DNA from: Terracidiphilus sp.
Lineage (GTDB): Bacteria; Acidobacteriota; Terriglobia; Terriglobales; Acidobacteriaceae
Length of the DNA: 64,000 nucleotides
Assembly (NCBI GenBank): GCA_017883405.1
Contig: JADGNO010000163.1
Location: 24,524-88,523, forward strand
Direction: 5' to 3'
How positions within the stretch are numbered: position 1 is the first letter of the stretch; each line of letters starts with the position of its first letter. The notes under the pieces are model-generated. The model did not search any database. It had not been told where the DNA came from and saw nothing but the letters and a program-made list of their open reading frames with translations. Shown in pieces: positions 47,041-56,596 of the stretch. Both the position numbers and the translations under genes were made by a program.

Positions 47041-48258
47041 ATGCCTGAGAAAACGTATTCTGGCGCTTTCTATAAAAGATCTTGTCGCGCTCCATTGTTG
47101 ACAGCTTTCATCTTTGCCACCTTCGCTACCACCTTCTGCGCCGCGCAGCCCCAGGATATTTCAGATTTCCAGCGCGCCAGCACCACGCATCGCCTTGCTG
47201 AATTTCCAAAAATCGCCGGCGACGGACGCATCTGGTTTCAGTTCAAAGCACCCAATGCGCAAAAGGTTCAGGTCCGCATCGGTGCAACCAACAAGACCTA
47301 TGACATGGAGAAGCTCGCCGACGGCATTTGGGACCTGGTCATTCCGAATCCCGGACCCGGCCTGCAGTACTACTACATGATTGTCGACGGCCTCAACGTA
47401 ATGGATCCCGGCAGCGAAACGTTTTACAGCAACGGCATCAAAACGGCCATCGATGTCCCTTCGCCGGGTGAAGATTATTACGACCTGAAAGACGTGCAGC
47501 ACGGACACGTGTTGCAACATATTTTTCATTCGAAGGTCACGCAGTCGTGGCGGCGCATGTACATCTATCTGCCTCCGCGTTACGACGCCAATCCGCGCAT
47601 GCGCTACCCGGTGCTCTATCTGCAGCACGGCGCAGGCGAAGACGAAACAGAGTGGACTCACGCCGGGCGCGCGCAGTTCATTCTGGACAATCTGATCGCT
47701 GAAAAGAAAGCCGTGCCCATGATCGTTGTGATGAACAACGGATTCGCCACCAGGCCCGGTACCACTCCAGCGACAGGCGCCGCCGGCATGGCAAGCCGAT
47801 TCGCCGCCTTCGAAGAAACGCTCACGAAAGAATCCATCCCTGAAGTTGACGCCAACTTCCGCACCTTTGCGGATCGAGAGCACCGCGCTATGGCTGGGCT
47901 TTCGATGGGCGGCATGCAAACCTTCCAGATTGGAACCGCGCACACCGACCTGTTTACCTATCTCGGCATCTTCAGTGGCACGCCGTTAGCGCCGGCTCAA
48001 GCGCAAGTGGATGCGGTCGCCGCACAGGGCACTGCATTTCGCGACAAAATTCATCTGCTGTGGTTCGGAGTAGGTTCGACAGAAGCCAATTTCCTGAACC
48101 GCACCCACGAAGTAAGGGCGCAGCTCGAAAAGGCCGGAATTTCCTCCGGGTATTACGAATCGCCGGGCACTGCACACGAGTTCCAAACCTGGCGCCGGTG
48201 CCTGCACGAGTTTGCGCAGCTGCTTTTCAAGTCCACAACACCAACGCCAAAGAAGTGA
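47041..48258 (+). CDS. Carbohydrate esterase (CE1-like) with N-terminal CBM48-like domain
   Basis: F.FKAPNA..V, YPVLYLQHG.GE, RAMAGLSMGG, AHEFQTWR. Confidence 0.85.
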   Translation: MPEKTYSGAFYKRSCRAPLLTAFIFATFATTFCAAQPQDISDFQRASTTHRLAEFPKIAGDGRIWFQFKAPNAQKVQVRIGATNKTYDMEKLADGIWDLVIPNPGPGLQYYYMIVDGLNVMDPGSETFYSNGIKTAIDVPSPGEDYYDLKDVQHGHVLQHIFHSKVTQSWRRMYIYLPPRYDANPRMRYPVLYLQHGAGEDETEWTHAGRAQFILDNLIAEKKAVPMIVVMNNGFATRPGTTPATGAAGMASRFAAFEETLTKESIPEVDANFRTFADREHRAMAGLSMGGMQTFQIGTAHTDLFTYLGIFSGTPLAPAQAQVDAVAAQGTAFRDKIHLLWFGVGSTEANFLNRTHEVRAQLEKAGISSGYYESPGTAHEFQTWRRCLHEFAQLLFKSTTPTPKK

Positions 48259-48267
48259 GGAAAAATT

Positions 48268-49872
48268 ATGTCTACCCGTCGCACCTTTCTAAAGCAGAAC
48301 TCGCTTTTGGCCGCAGGCGCCTGGGCTTCGGTTTCAACTTCATTCGCAATCAAGGGTGCACATGCGGCTACTTCCGCAGCACCTATTGCAGAGACTAACT
48401 ACGGTAAGCTTCGCGGACGCACCTCAGATGGCATTCATGTCTTCAAAGGCATTCCGTACGGAGCTGACACCTCCGGCAAAAACCGCTTCATGCCGCCGCA
48501 AAAGCCGGCATCGTGGACAGGCACACGGGACGCCGTCGAGTGGGGCCATCTTGCGCCGCAGCCCTTGCCCAGCGGCAACTACGACTACACCAACGCCTGC
48601 CAGTGGGCCATTCAACCAGGCGGCAAAGGCGAAGACTGCCTTGTTCTGAATGTCTACACACCGGCACTCAAAGATGGCGGCAAACGCGCAGTCATGTTTG
48701 CAATTCACGGCGGCGGCTACACCACCGGCACCAGCCACAATCCGGTGTTCGATGGCCGCGCACTCGCGCATCGCGGCGACGTCGTAGTCGTTACCGTCAA
48801 CCACCGGCTCGGTGCACTGGGCTTTACCAACCTCGCTGAATTCGCACCTGAGTTCGCGCAATCCGGTGTCGTCGGCATGATGGACCTCGTTGCTGCTCTC
48901 CAATGGGTTCATGAAAATATTGAGAACTTCGGCGGCGATCCAAGCCGCGTTCTGATCTTCGGCCAATCAGGAGGCGGAGGAAAAGTCTGCCACCTTATGA
49001 CCATGCCGTCAGCGAAAGGCCTGTTCAGCCGCGCGGCAGCGGAGAGCGGAGCCTCACTGCGCTCTGGCACGCGCGAGAACTCCACCAAGAGCGCAGAGCG
49101 TTTGCTCAAGCAGCTCAACCTTCCCAAAGAACGCTTTCATGTGCTGCAGGAAGCGCCGTTTGACATGATCATCGGCGCGCAGGCTGTATCGGGCGCGCAG
49201 TTTGGCCCCATGGTGGATGGAACGATCATTCCACGCGATCCATTCGATCCCGATGCTCCGGCAATATCAGCGGACGTACCTATGATGGCCGGAAGCAATC
49301 TACAGGACAGCAATCTCAGCCGCACCGACTTCTCAATCGACGATGCTGCCGCGCAGGAACAGCTCAAAGCATCGATAGGCGATGCCGTCGCCAAAGTGTG
49401 GGCTGGGTATCGAGAAGCCGATCCAAAAGCCACCGCGGCAAATCTGTTCGCACGTATCTCCAGCGATCAGGGAATCAGAACCAACACCAGAATGGTGATT
49501 GAACGCAAAGCAGCGCTGGGCCACGCGCCTGCGTTCCTTTATCTGCTCACCTGGCAGGCTCCCTTCATGGGCGGCCGTTACGGTTCGGTCCACGGCACAG
49601 ACGTTCCGTTGATCTTCCACAATCCTGAGCTTTGGCCATTGACGGCGGGCTCAGCAGAAAACCGCATCATGGCAGACCGAATGTCTGACGCCTTCATTGC
49701 GTTCGCCAAGACCGGCACTCCAGGCACCAAGGAGTTGCCATGGACAGCTTACGATCCGAGCACAAAGCCGACCATGATCTTCGACGTTCAAAGCGGCGTC
49801 AAAAACGATCCTCACCACGATCTGCTTGCCCTGCTGCCGGAGCGACCACGCGGACGCGGGCTAGGATTCTAG
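48268..49872 (+). CDS. Type-B carboxylesterase, Tat-exported
   Basis: TRRTFLK; FKGIPY, EDCL.LNV, HGGG, FGGDP, GQSGG, catalytic His in SVHGTD. Confidence 0.9.
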   Translation: MSTRRTFLKQNSLLAAGAWASVSTSFAIKGAHAATSAAPIAETNYGKLRGRTSDGIHVFKGIPYGADTSGKNRFMPPQKPASWTGTRDAVEWGHLAPQPLPSGNYDYTNACQWAIQPGGKGEDCLVLNVYTPALKDGGKRAVMFAIHGGGYTTGTSHNPVFDGRALAHRGDVVVVTVNHRLGALGFTNLAEFAPEFAQSGVVGMMDLVAALQWVHENIENFGGDPSRVLIFGQSGGGGKVCHLMTMPSAKGLFSRAAAESGASLRSGTRENSTKSAERLLKQLNLPKERFHVLQEAPFDMIIGAQAVSGAQFGPMVDGTIIPRDPFDPDAPAISADVPMMAGSNLQDSNLSRTDFSIDDAAAQEQLKASIGDAVAKVWAGYREADPKATAANLFARISSDQGIRTNTRMVIERKAALGHAPAFLYLLTWQAPFMGGRYGSVHGTDVPLIFHNPELWPLTAGSAENRIMADRMSDAFIAFAKTGTPGTKELPWTAYDPSTKPTMIFDVQSGVKNDPHHDLLALLPERPRGRGLGF

Positions 49873-49914
49873 CGTCGGTTCCAAACGAAGCATTAACTCC
49901 TGGGAGTTCTCATC

Positions 49915-52317
49915 ATGTTCCGATTGATTCGTTCGTGCGCCCTTGCATTGCTCGCGATTACGCCTTTTACCTTTGCGCAAAATCAGGCCGCTTCATCTGC
50001 CTCCAGCCGCGTCGTCTTGGGCAAACTCTCAAGCGGCGCTTCTGTTGCATTTGTTCCCGCCCGCTCCGGCGAGTGGGGCATTGAAATCTCCGGCGGCTCC
50101 GCTCCGCGTATCATGCAGCCGAAACCAGCGCAGGTTGAGATTTTTCTCGACGAGCAGAACGTTAGCGATGTTGCTGCCCCATATCAATCGATACAGAAGG
50201 AGACCGGTGCAGTTGTTGCCAAGGCAAAAGTAACAGCCGCCGGCGGAGCTGCATTCGCCATTGAAGATAGATGGACGCTCTCTGGCGACGTGTTGTCACT
50301 GAGCCGCAGAGTCACCGTGACCGGTGGCGAAGATAAAGCCGGATTCTATTCGGCTATAAAATTTATCACCGCGCCCGCAGTGGGCTGGCCCGACCTCGAC
50401 TACATGGCTCCCGGCGTAATCTATGGCGATCCTACCTATGACGGCGATACCTCCATCGGTGGTGTTTTTAATTACAGGCTCAAGCGGCTTTCGATCCGCG
50501 AAGATTCACTTAACGCTCCCTTATTCGCGCTTTCATTTCGCGACGGCCACACCGTTGCTGTAATGGACAAGGCGCCGCGCGGCGACACAACATGGGCAGA
50601 GACCACATCACCTGCAACCACACCGGTGATCGACGAACATATGCAAGTAGGCGCTCTGGGCGCTCGCGAAGTACCCAGCGGAGGCGTCGAGTTCGGCTTC
50701 TGGTTCCCCGGCGCCACCAGCGAAATTCCCAGATCATTTCAGAATGTATCCGCACAATCCGGACCGCCCGCTTCGATTGTTCGACGTCGCTACCATCCAG
50801 TGAGCGCCGGGTTTACGCAGAGCTACCAAATAGGTTTTCGCTTTGGGCAGAATGAGTCGTTCCTCGATCTGGAGCGAAACGCATGGCGCTGGGCATGGGA
50901 CACACTCAAGCCTCCGGTCATGCATCTTGACATCGAAGTAGTTCGTCGCGCCGTCGTCGATCATCTCGATGCTCATGTACTCACCGTCGATAATCGCGCA
51001 GGCATTCCATTCCTCTGGGACGCGGTAACCGGCAAGCCCGGCTCGCAGCGCACGCCCATGTACACCGCATCGGGCACAGTCATACCGCCCACTCCTTACC
51101 CGCAGGAGCTTGGACCGCAGGGCAATGCCGAGCTCGCCGCATGGGCCAAAACCGTCGGTATCGATCTCGATCCAACATTCAGTGAAATCTGGCGCTGGCC
51201 GAAAGTCCTCATGGGCTTCGTCTCCAAGGGCGTAGAAGCCGCCGACGAGTTGCTTATCGAAGGCGATCGCGACCAGAGCCCGCGTGGCCAGAAAATGCGC
51301 AAGGATGGATTGGCGATCATCGACAGCTTTATTCGCCTCGACCCCGCATCGCCTCCTGGAGGGCAGGGCTTCGATATTCACACTGGCAAGCCCGTCTCTG
51401 AGCCCGCGGATCACGTCTTTCTGCGCGCGCCATCTGAAGGCATGCGCTCGCTCATGCAGGCTTACATGCGCGAGAAGCGCGCTGGGCACGATCATCCCGA
51501 GTGGCTGGCATGGTGCCGCCAGTTTGCCGACTGGCTCCTTAAACAGCAGCGCGAAGACGGCTCGTACCCAAGAAGCTGGCACGATGGAACCGGCGAAGTT
51601 AATGAGGAGTCCGGCACCAGCACCTACAATCCCGTGCCGCTCCTGGTTAGCCTTAGTCAGGTTACCGGCGACAAGCGCTACCTCGACTCGGCCATTCGTG
51701 CTGCGGATTACGTGTGGGCCGATTTCGGCAGCCACGGCGTCTTCGTCGGCGGCGCAACAGACAATCCCAACATCACCGATAAAGAAGCAGGAATGCTTTC
51801 GATGGAAGCTTTCCTGTCACTTTACGAAACCACTAAAGATACGCGTTGGCTCGACCGCGCCAAGGTAGCCGGCAACTACGCCGAAACTTGGATATGGATC
51901 TGGAACGTGCCCATGGCCATCGGCGCAGACGATGCCAAGTTGAATTGGAAGCGCGGCGTTTCAACCGTCGGCTTGCAGGGCATTACAGCGCGTGGCCCAG
52001 GCGGCGGCGATGAATATCTCGACTGGGCAGTGCCGGACTACGCCCGCCTCTACAAGTACACCGGCGACCCGCATTATCTCGATGTGACGCGCATTCTTCT
52101 GTTCGATACCAAGAGCATGCTCGCGCTGCCAGGCCGCACATACGATCTCGCCGGTCCCGGCTGGCAGCAGGAAAACTGGGGACTCGGCGCAGGCCGCAGA
52201 GGTTTCGGTTCGCATCGCACCTGGCTGCCATGGGTTTCAGTCAACCACCTCCACGGCATCACCGGCCTCGAAGAATTCGATCCAGTTCTATTCCAACAAA
52301 TCATCAAAGAGGACTAA
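49915..52317 (+). CDS. Secreted hypothetical protein, probable (alpha/alpha)6 glycosidase-like
   Basis: Signal peptide; repeated LY..TGD..YL..A helical-hairpin motifs and WLL.QQ.EDGSY in C-terminal half. Confidence 0.65.
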   Translation: MFRLIRSCALALLAITPFTFAQNQAASSASSRVVLGKLSSGASVAFVPARSGEWGIEISGGSAPRIMQPKPAQVEIFLDEQNVSDVAAPYQSIQKETGAVVAKAKVTAAGGAAFAIEDRWTLSGDVLSLSRRVTVTGGEDKAGFYSAIKFITAPAVGWPDLDYMAPGVIYGDPTYDGDTSIGGVFNYRLKRLSIREDSLNAPLFALSFRDGHTVAVMDKAPRGDTTWAETTSPATTPVIDEHMQVGALGAREVPSGGVEFGFWFPGATSEIPRSFQNVSAQSGPPASIVRRRYHPVSAGFTQSYQIGFRFGQNESFLDLERNAWRWAWDTLKPPVMHLDIEVVRRAVVDHLDAHVLTVDNRAGIPFLWDAVTGKPGSQRTPMYTASGTVIPPTPYPQELGPQGNAELAAWAKTVGIDLDPTFSEIWRWPKVLMGFVSKGVEAADELLIEGDRDQSPRGQKMRKDGLAIIDSFIRLDPASPPGGQGFDIHTGKPVSEPADHVFLRAPSEGMRSLMQAYMREKRAGHDHPEWLAWCRQFADWLLKQQREDGSYPRSWHDGTGEVNEESGTSTYNPVPLLVSLSQVTGDKRYLDSAIRAADYVWADFGSHGVFVGGATDNPNITDKEAGMLSMEAFLSLYETTKDTRWLDRAKVAGNYAETWIWIWNVPMAIGADDAKLNWKRGVSTVGLQGITARGPGGGDEYLDWAVPDYARLYKYTGDPHYLDVTRILLFDTKSMLALPGRTYDLAGPGWQQENWGLGAGRRGFGSHRTWLPWVSVNHLHGITGLEEFDPVLFQQIIKED

Positions 52318-52365
52318 CGCGAAACAAGCTTGAACAGGCTACGGACAACTCAACTCGGGATGCGC

Positions 52366-52439
52366 GTTGTAAGAGGGCGCAGCTTCAGGCGTGCCGCAAA
52401 CAGCCCAAATAGATGTTCGGCTTTAGCCGCGAAGGGATG
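52366..52439 (-). repeat. Bipartite REP-like palindromic element, copy 2
   Basis: Minus strand ATCCCTTCGCGGCTAAAGCCG...TTTGCGGCACGCCTGAAGCTGCGCCCTCTTACAA aligns with 5308-5380. Confidence 0.7.
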
Positions 52440-52660
52440 TTCTTGGCTTTCACCAAATTTCTTCCGCAGCCCTGAGCCCCCTGCTGATTACGGCCGATGC
52501 CGCCAACTTCTTCCCGTCGGTGAGCGCCTCGGCGATTTCCCGTGACTTGAGCTTTGACTACCAAGCCACACCAAGCAGGTGCAAGCGTTGCCTACCACCA
52601 GCAGGAGAATCTGATGGCACTGGAATAGAATCTGATCGGCCCCTTTTTAGCGTTCCATCT

Positions 52661-54142
52661 ATGCCCAAACAAGCAACACGAAATCTCATTCGGGGAGTAC
52701 GTTCAGTCGCTGGGCTAGGCCTGGTGGCGGCAACAACCTGGATTGCCTTCGATGAAATCCACGCGAATGCGCTGATTACTGGGTTCGCCTACGTGCTCAT
52801 CGTACTGATCGTTGCCGCACGTTGGGGACTGATTGAATCACTTCTGACGTCAGTCGCGGCGATGCTCTGCCTCAATTACTTCTTCCTGCCGCCAGTTGGG
52901 TCACTGACCATTGCCGACCCTCAGAATTGGGTGGCGCTCTTTGCTTTCATGGTGACCGCTGTAACAGCGAGCCAGCTATCTGCGAGCGCTCGGAGCCGTG
53001 CTGCCGAAGCTCAGGCGCGACGAGTTGAAGTGGAACAGCTCTACCAGATAAGTCTGTCCCTTCTCAGGATGGATGCTACCAGGAGCCCCGGCCTGCAGAT
53101 TGCCGAAAAACTCAAGGATCAACTTGGCTTTCAGTCGGTGATGTTTTGCGACTCACTGAGCGGCGAAGTCTTCACTGCTGGAAATGAAAACACGATTGTC
53201 TGCCTTGATGCCCTCCGTGCCGCTGCGAATGGCGACGCGGTCTGGCGAACCACTCGGAGGGCGGTAACGGATTCCGCGGAGTATGTCATCTTTCCGGTTG
53301 CATTTGGGCAAGCCTTGTTTGGAAGCATCTGTGTTGTCGGTGCGACGATTTCGGACACTGCTCTCCAGGCTTTAGCGAATCTGGCAGCCTCGGCCTTGGA
53401 ACGCAATCGTCAACAGATCGCGCTCGGCCGATTTGAGGTCGCGCGCGAAAACGAGAGGCTGCGGGGAGTTCTTCTTGATGCGCTGGCGCACGAATTTCTA
53501 ACGCCCCTGACGTCCATCAAAAGCGCTATCTCCACCGTGCGTACTGAGTACTCGCATGACGAGGAGGAGAACGAGTTCCTTACGGTTATTGAAGAGGAAT
53601 CGGACAAACTTGGGGAGATGATCAACGAGACAACCGATATGGCGCGGATAGAACCTGGACATCCGCGCATTCGCCGCCGAAGGACGCACGTCGCCGCACT
53701 CATCCGGTCGGCCGCACAGCACTTGAAGAATCTGCTGCGAGGCCGCACGCTGTTGATCGACATACCCGAGGGGATCCCGGAACTCGAGGCCGATCCGGAG
53801 ATGGTCGAACTGGCGATTCGTCAGCTTATTGGGAACGCGATCAAATACTCGCCGCCGGAAACTGCTATCGAAGTTCGGGCAACCTGCACAGAGGGCTTCA
53901 TTGAAGTGCAGGTTCGCGATCATGGCGCTGGTGTTCGCGACGATGAAATTGAATCGATCTTCGAGCGTTTCTATCGGGGAAAGAGAGTCAAAGAAGCGGT
54001 TGCGGGAACAGGCATGGGTCTGAGCATAGCTCGTGATATTGTGAAAGCGCACGGCGGCGCGATGTGGGCAGCAAACGCGGCAGATGGAGGCGGCTGCTTT
54101 TTCTTTACTCTTCCAGTAGTGCCTCCGGAGAGTAAGTCATGA
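52661..54142 (+). CDS. KdpD-like sensor histidine kinase (DUF4118 TM + GAF-like + HisKA/HATPase)
   Basis: LNYFFLPP..SLTIADP.NW, HEFLTPLTSI, NAIKYS, DHG.G, GTGMGL. Confidence 0.88.
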   Translation: MPKQATRNLIRGVRSVAGLGLVAATTWIAFDEIHANALITGFAYVLIVLIVAARWGLIESLLTSVAAMLCLNYFFLPPVGSLTIADPQNWVALFAFMVTAVTASQLSASARSRAAEAQARRVEVEQLYQISLSLLRMDATRSPGLQIAEKLKDQLGFQSVMFCDSLSGEVFTAGNENTIVCLDALRAAANGDAVWRTTRRAVTDSAEYVIFPVAFGQALFGSICVVGATISDTALQALANLAASALERNRQQIALGRFEVARENERLRGVLLDALAHEFLTPLTSIKSAISTVRTEYSHDEEENEFLTVIEEESDKLGEMINETTDMARIEPGHPRIRRRRTHVAALIRSAAQHLKNLLRGRTLLIDIPEGIPELEADPEMVELAIRQLIGNAIKYSPPETAIEVRATCTEGFIEVQVRDHGAGVRDDEIESIFERFYRGKRVKEAVAGTGMGLSIARDIVKAHGGAMWAANAADGGGCFFFTLPVVPPESKS

Positions 54143-54852
54143 GAAACCCAAGCATCCTGATTGTTGATGACGAGCCCCAGATTCGGCGCGTGATCAAAGC
54201 CGCTCTAAGCAAGCAGGGTTATGTTGTCGCCGACGCGCGCAGCGGAGAGGCTGCTCTCGACATGATTCGGGACGAGCGGTTCGATATGGTCATCTTGGAC
54301 CGCAACATGCCGGGCATCGGCGGGCTCGAGACCTGCCGTACCATTCGGGACAATTCGGACATGGGAATCATTATGCTCACTGTGCGCAAGGCAGAAGAGG
54401 AACGAATTGAAGCGCTCGATGCCGGCGCCGACGACTACGTCACCAAACCGTTCAGCATGCCTGAGCTATCCGCGCGGATCCGGGCCAATCTGCGTCGCGT
54501 ACCTTCGGCATCCCATGCGGGCACGAAGACGGTCCGCTTCGGGACCGTGAGCATCGATCTGGCGACCCATCATTTGTCAGTATCAGGAACAGATGTTCGT
54601 CTGACACCGAAGCAGTTCGACGTGTTGGCATATCTTATCGACAACCCGAACGTTTCAATCCCTCATGCGCGACTTCTCCAGGCTGTCTGGGGGCCGGACT
54701 ATCGTGACGAAGTCGAATATTTGCACGTGGTAATCAACCAATTGCGCAAAAGAATTGAAGTGGACCCTTCCCATCCCCGTTACATCATTACCGAACCATG
54801 GTTCGGTTACCGTTTCCAGTTGCCGGAGGAAGCCGACAACAGGGCTGAATAG
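54139..54852 (+). CDS. KdpE-like OmpR-family response regulator
   Basis: IVDDEPQIRR, ALDAGADDYVTKPF, LL.AVWG, QLRKRIE.DP..P.YI.TEPW.GYRF; ATGA overlap with kinase. Confidence 0.92.
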   Translation: MRNPSILIVDDEPQIRRVIKAALSKQGYVVADARSGEAALDMIRDERFDMVILDRNMPGIGGLETCRTIRDNSDMGIIMLTVRKAEEERIEALDAGADDYVTKPFSMPELSARIRANLRRVPSASHAGTKTVRFGTVSIDLATHHLSVSGTDVRLTPKQFDVLAYLIDNPNVSIPHARLLQAVWGPDYRDEVEYLHVVINQLRKRIEVDPSHPRYIITEPWFGYRFQLPEEADNRAE

Positions 54853-54914
54853 CGAGCGCATCGGTTTGGAAGATCCCAATATCTATCAGTTCCGGACGAG
54901 AAGAAATTGCCTTT

Positions 54915-54950
54915 AGGACTTTATTAGATACCCGTCAGGACTTTGTTAGA
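54915..54950. repeat. 14-bp direct repeat, 22-bp period (possible OmpR/KdpE-type site)
   Basis: AGGACTTTATTAGA and AGGACTTTGTTAGA. Confidence 0.55.
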
Positions 54951-55488
54951 ACACAAAGCTCAATCTGTCTCCAGTGACTGTGACGCGAATGTCCATCGTC
55001 GCGGAGGTAGATAAGTGATTGAGACGATCTCGCTCAGTGTAGTCGGCGGTATTTGCGTGGCCGTTATGCTCTATATACTCTATGGGTTTACCAAGGATTC
55101 CTTTGAGTTTTCCCAACGCAACCCGCACTCCAGCGAGGGATGGCACCGCAGAGGGTTTTAGATTGCTGGCGCAAACCGCCATGTTCTTCACTGCAAATGC
55201 TAGATCCAACGTCAACGTTGGCGAGTTCGGGCGGTCTCTAGAGAACATCCGCCAAGATCACTGGTGGTTACAAAGTGCCAAAATCACCTGCGATCTATTC
55301 GAAGAGAACTGATTGGAAACGCGGCCTGTTTGTGTGCAATATTCTCACCTGTCGCCAACAGGCCAAAGCACTCATCGACGAGTTCTGAGAGTATCGTCGC
55401 CGGGGTAGCTCAATTTGAGAGCTACTACCGAGCCGTCGGTGACACACAAATCTCGCGCCAAAATTCATAATCTGCCTGAACAATCCTG

Positions 55489-55517
55489 TTGACATCCCGT
55501 CCAATGCGTCCTAACAT
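55489..55517 (+). promoter_or_regulatory. Sigma70 promoter of cytochrome c gene
   Basis: TTGACA-17 nt-TAACAT. Confidence 0.65.
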
Positions 55518-55632
55518 CGGGCGCATCAGTCGTTTTGGGACTTCCCCTTCCATTCACAATTGAACCAAAAATTCAGTTAGCCCTCGGAATCAATAACTGC
55601 ACACTCAGGCCTTTGGCCTGCAGGAGATTTGA

Positions 55633-56397
55633 ATGAACAATCGTGTGAGATTGCTTGCCGTTCCAGCTTTGCTCATGAAGTCGAAACCCATGTCCAAACT
55701 ACTGGCAGCTTCTGCCGTTCTCGTCGCCATCACCGTTTTGCTGGTGTCGCTCAAGACTCCGCGCGTCACGGCGGAACCGGAATCTGATCACGACCAGGAT
55801 GAGAGCAAGGTCCAGATAGGTTTCGCAATCGCGCCGGTTCCCCTCAACTTCGAACGACACGATCGAAAACTGGTTGGCCTGGGCAGCTACATCGTCAACG
55901 CGCAGGAAGACTGCAACGGGTGTCATAGCCAGGGGCCGGCGACCGAGTACATTCCCACCGGAAACCCTTACCTCAGACATGTGCCCAATGGCCCATTCAC
56001 CGGCATGCAGCAGGTCAATCCAGCCACCTACCTGGGCGGCGGCCGCGACTTCGGTCCCTTTGGCAGCCACGGAGAGTTGACGCACCTCTACTCCCGCAAC
56101 TTGACCCCAGACAAAACGGGTCGACCAGAAGGAGGCCGCTCGTTCAGGGAGTTCCTCACCATTCTGCGCACAGGAAAAGACTACGACCACATCCATCCAA
56201 ACTGCGGTGCCGGAGGGGCCGATGGCTCGTGCCTCTTGCCTCCCTTTAACGGAGACGTGCTTCAGGTCATGCCCTGGCCCGTACATCAGAACATGACCGA
56301 ACACGATATCCGCGCCATCTACGAGTATCTGAGCGCCATTCCCTGTATCGATACCAACATCCCTGGCGCGCCGGTATTGCGAAACGACTGCCAATAA
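55633..56397 (+). CDS. c-type cytochrome (single CxxCH), exported
   Basis: Signal/TM; GSYIVN...CNGCH, SRNLTPD, VMPW, DIRAIYEYL; RBS AGGAG. Confidence 0.82.
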   Translation: MNNRVRLLAVPALLMKSKPMSKLLAASAVLVAITVLLVSLKTPRVTAEPESDHDQDESKVQIGFAIAPVPLNFERHDRKLVGLGSYIVNAQEDCNGCHSQGPATEYIPTGNPYLRHVPNGPFTGMQQVNPATYLGGGRDFGPFGSHGELTHLYSRNLTPDKTGRPEGGRSFREFLTILRTGKDYDHIHPNCGAGGADGSCLLPPFNGDVLQVMPWPVHQNMTEHDIRAIYEYLSAIPCIDTNIPGAPVLRNDCQ

Positions 56398-56596
56398 TAC
56401 GGCAAACTCGCAAGGCCAGTTATCAAATTGACAGGAACAATGGCCGGACGCCCTTCACTCTTGAATCGCATTTGATTCAAGGATGGAGGGCGCAGGTTTG
56501 TCCAAAACTGAATCTCCTGAAACCGCAAGAGCCTCTGCAAAATTCTAAGGTCAGGTTTATGTCGCAGTGCCGCAGTCAGTCCGAGCACGCTCTCGC

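Noticed and set aside
55399-55430. GCCGGGGTAGCTCAATTTGAGAGC resembling a tRNA 5' half or att site
   Set aside because: Lacks the D-loop GG, anticodon arm and T arm; explained as a simple GTAGCTC/GAGCTAC hairpin; no integrase nearby
54946-55504. Short ORFs (68-100 aa) between the response regulator and cytochrome c
   Set aside because: Mutually overlapping, with no motifs or clear RBS; cannot be supported as genes
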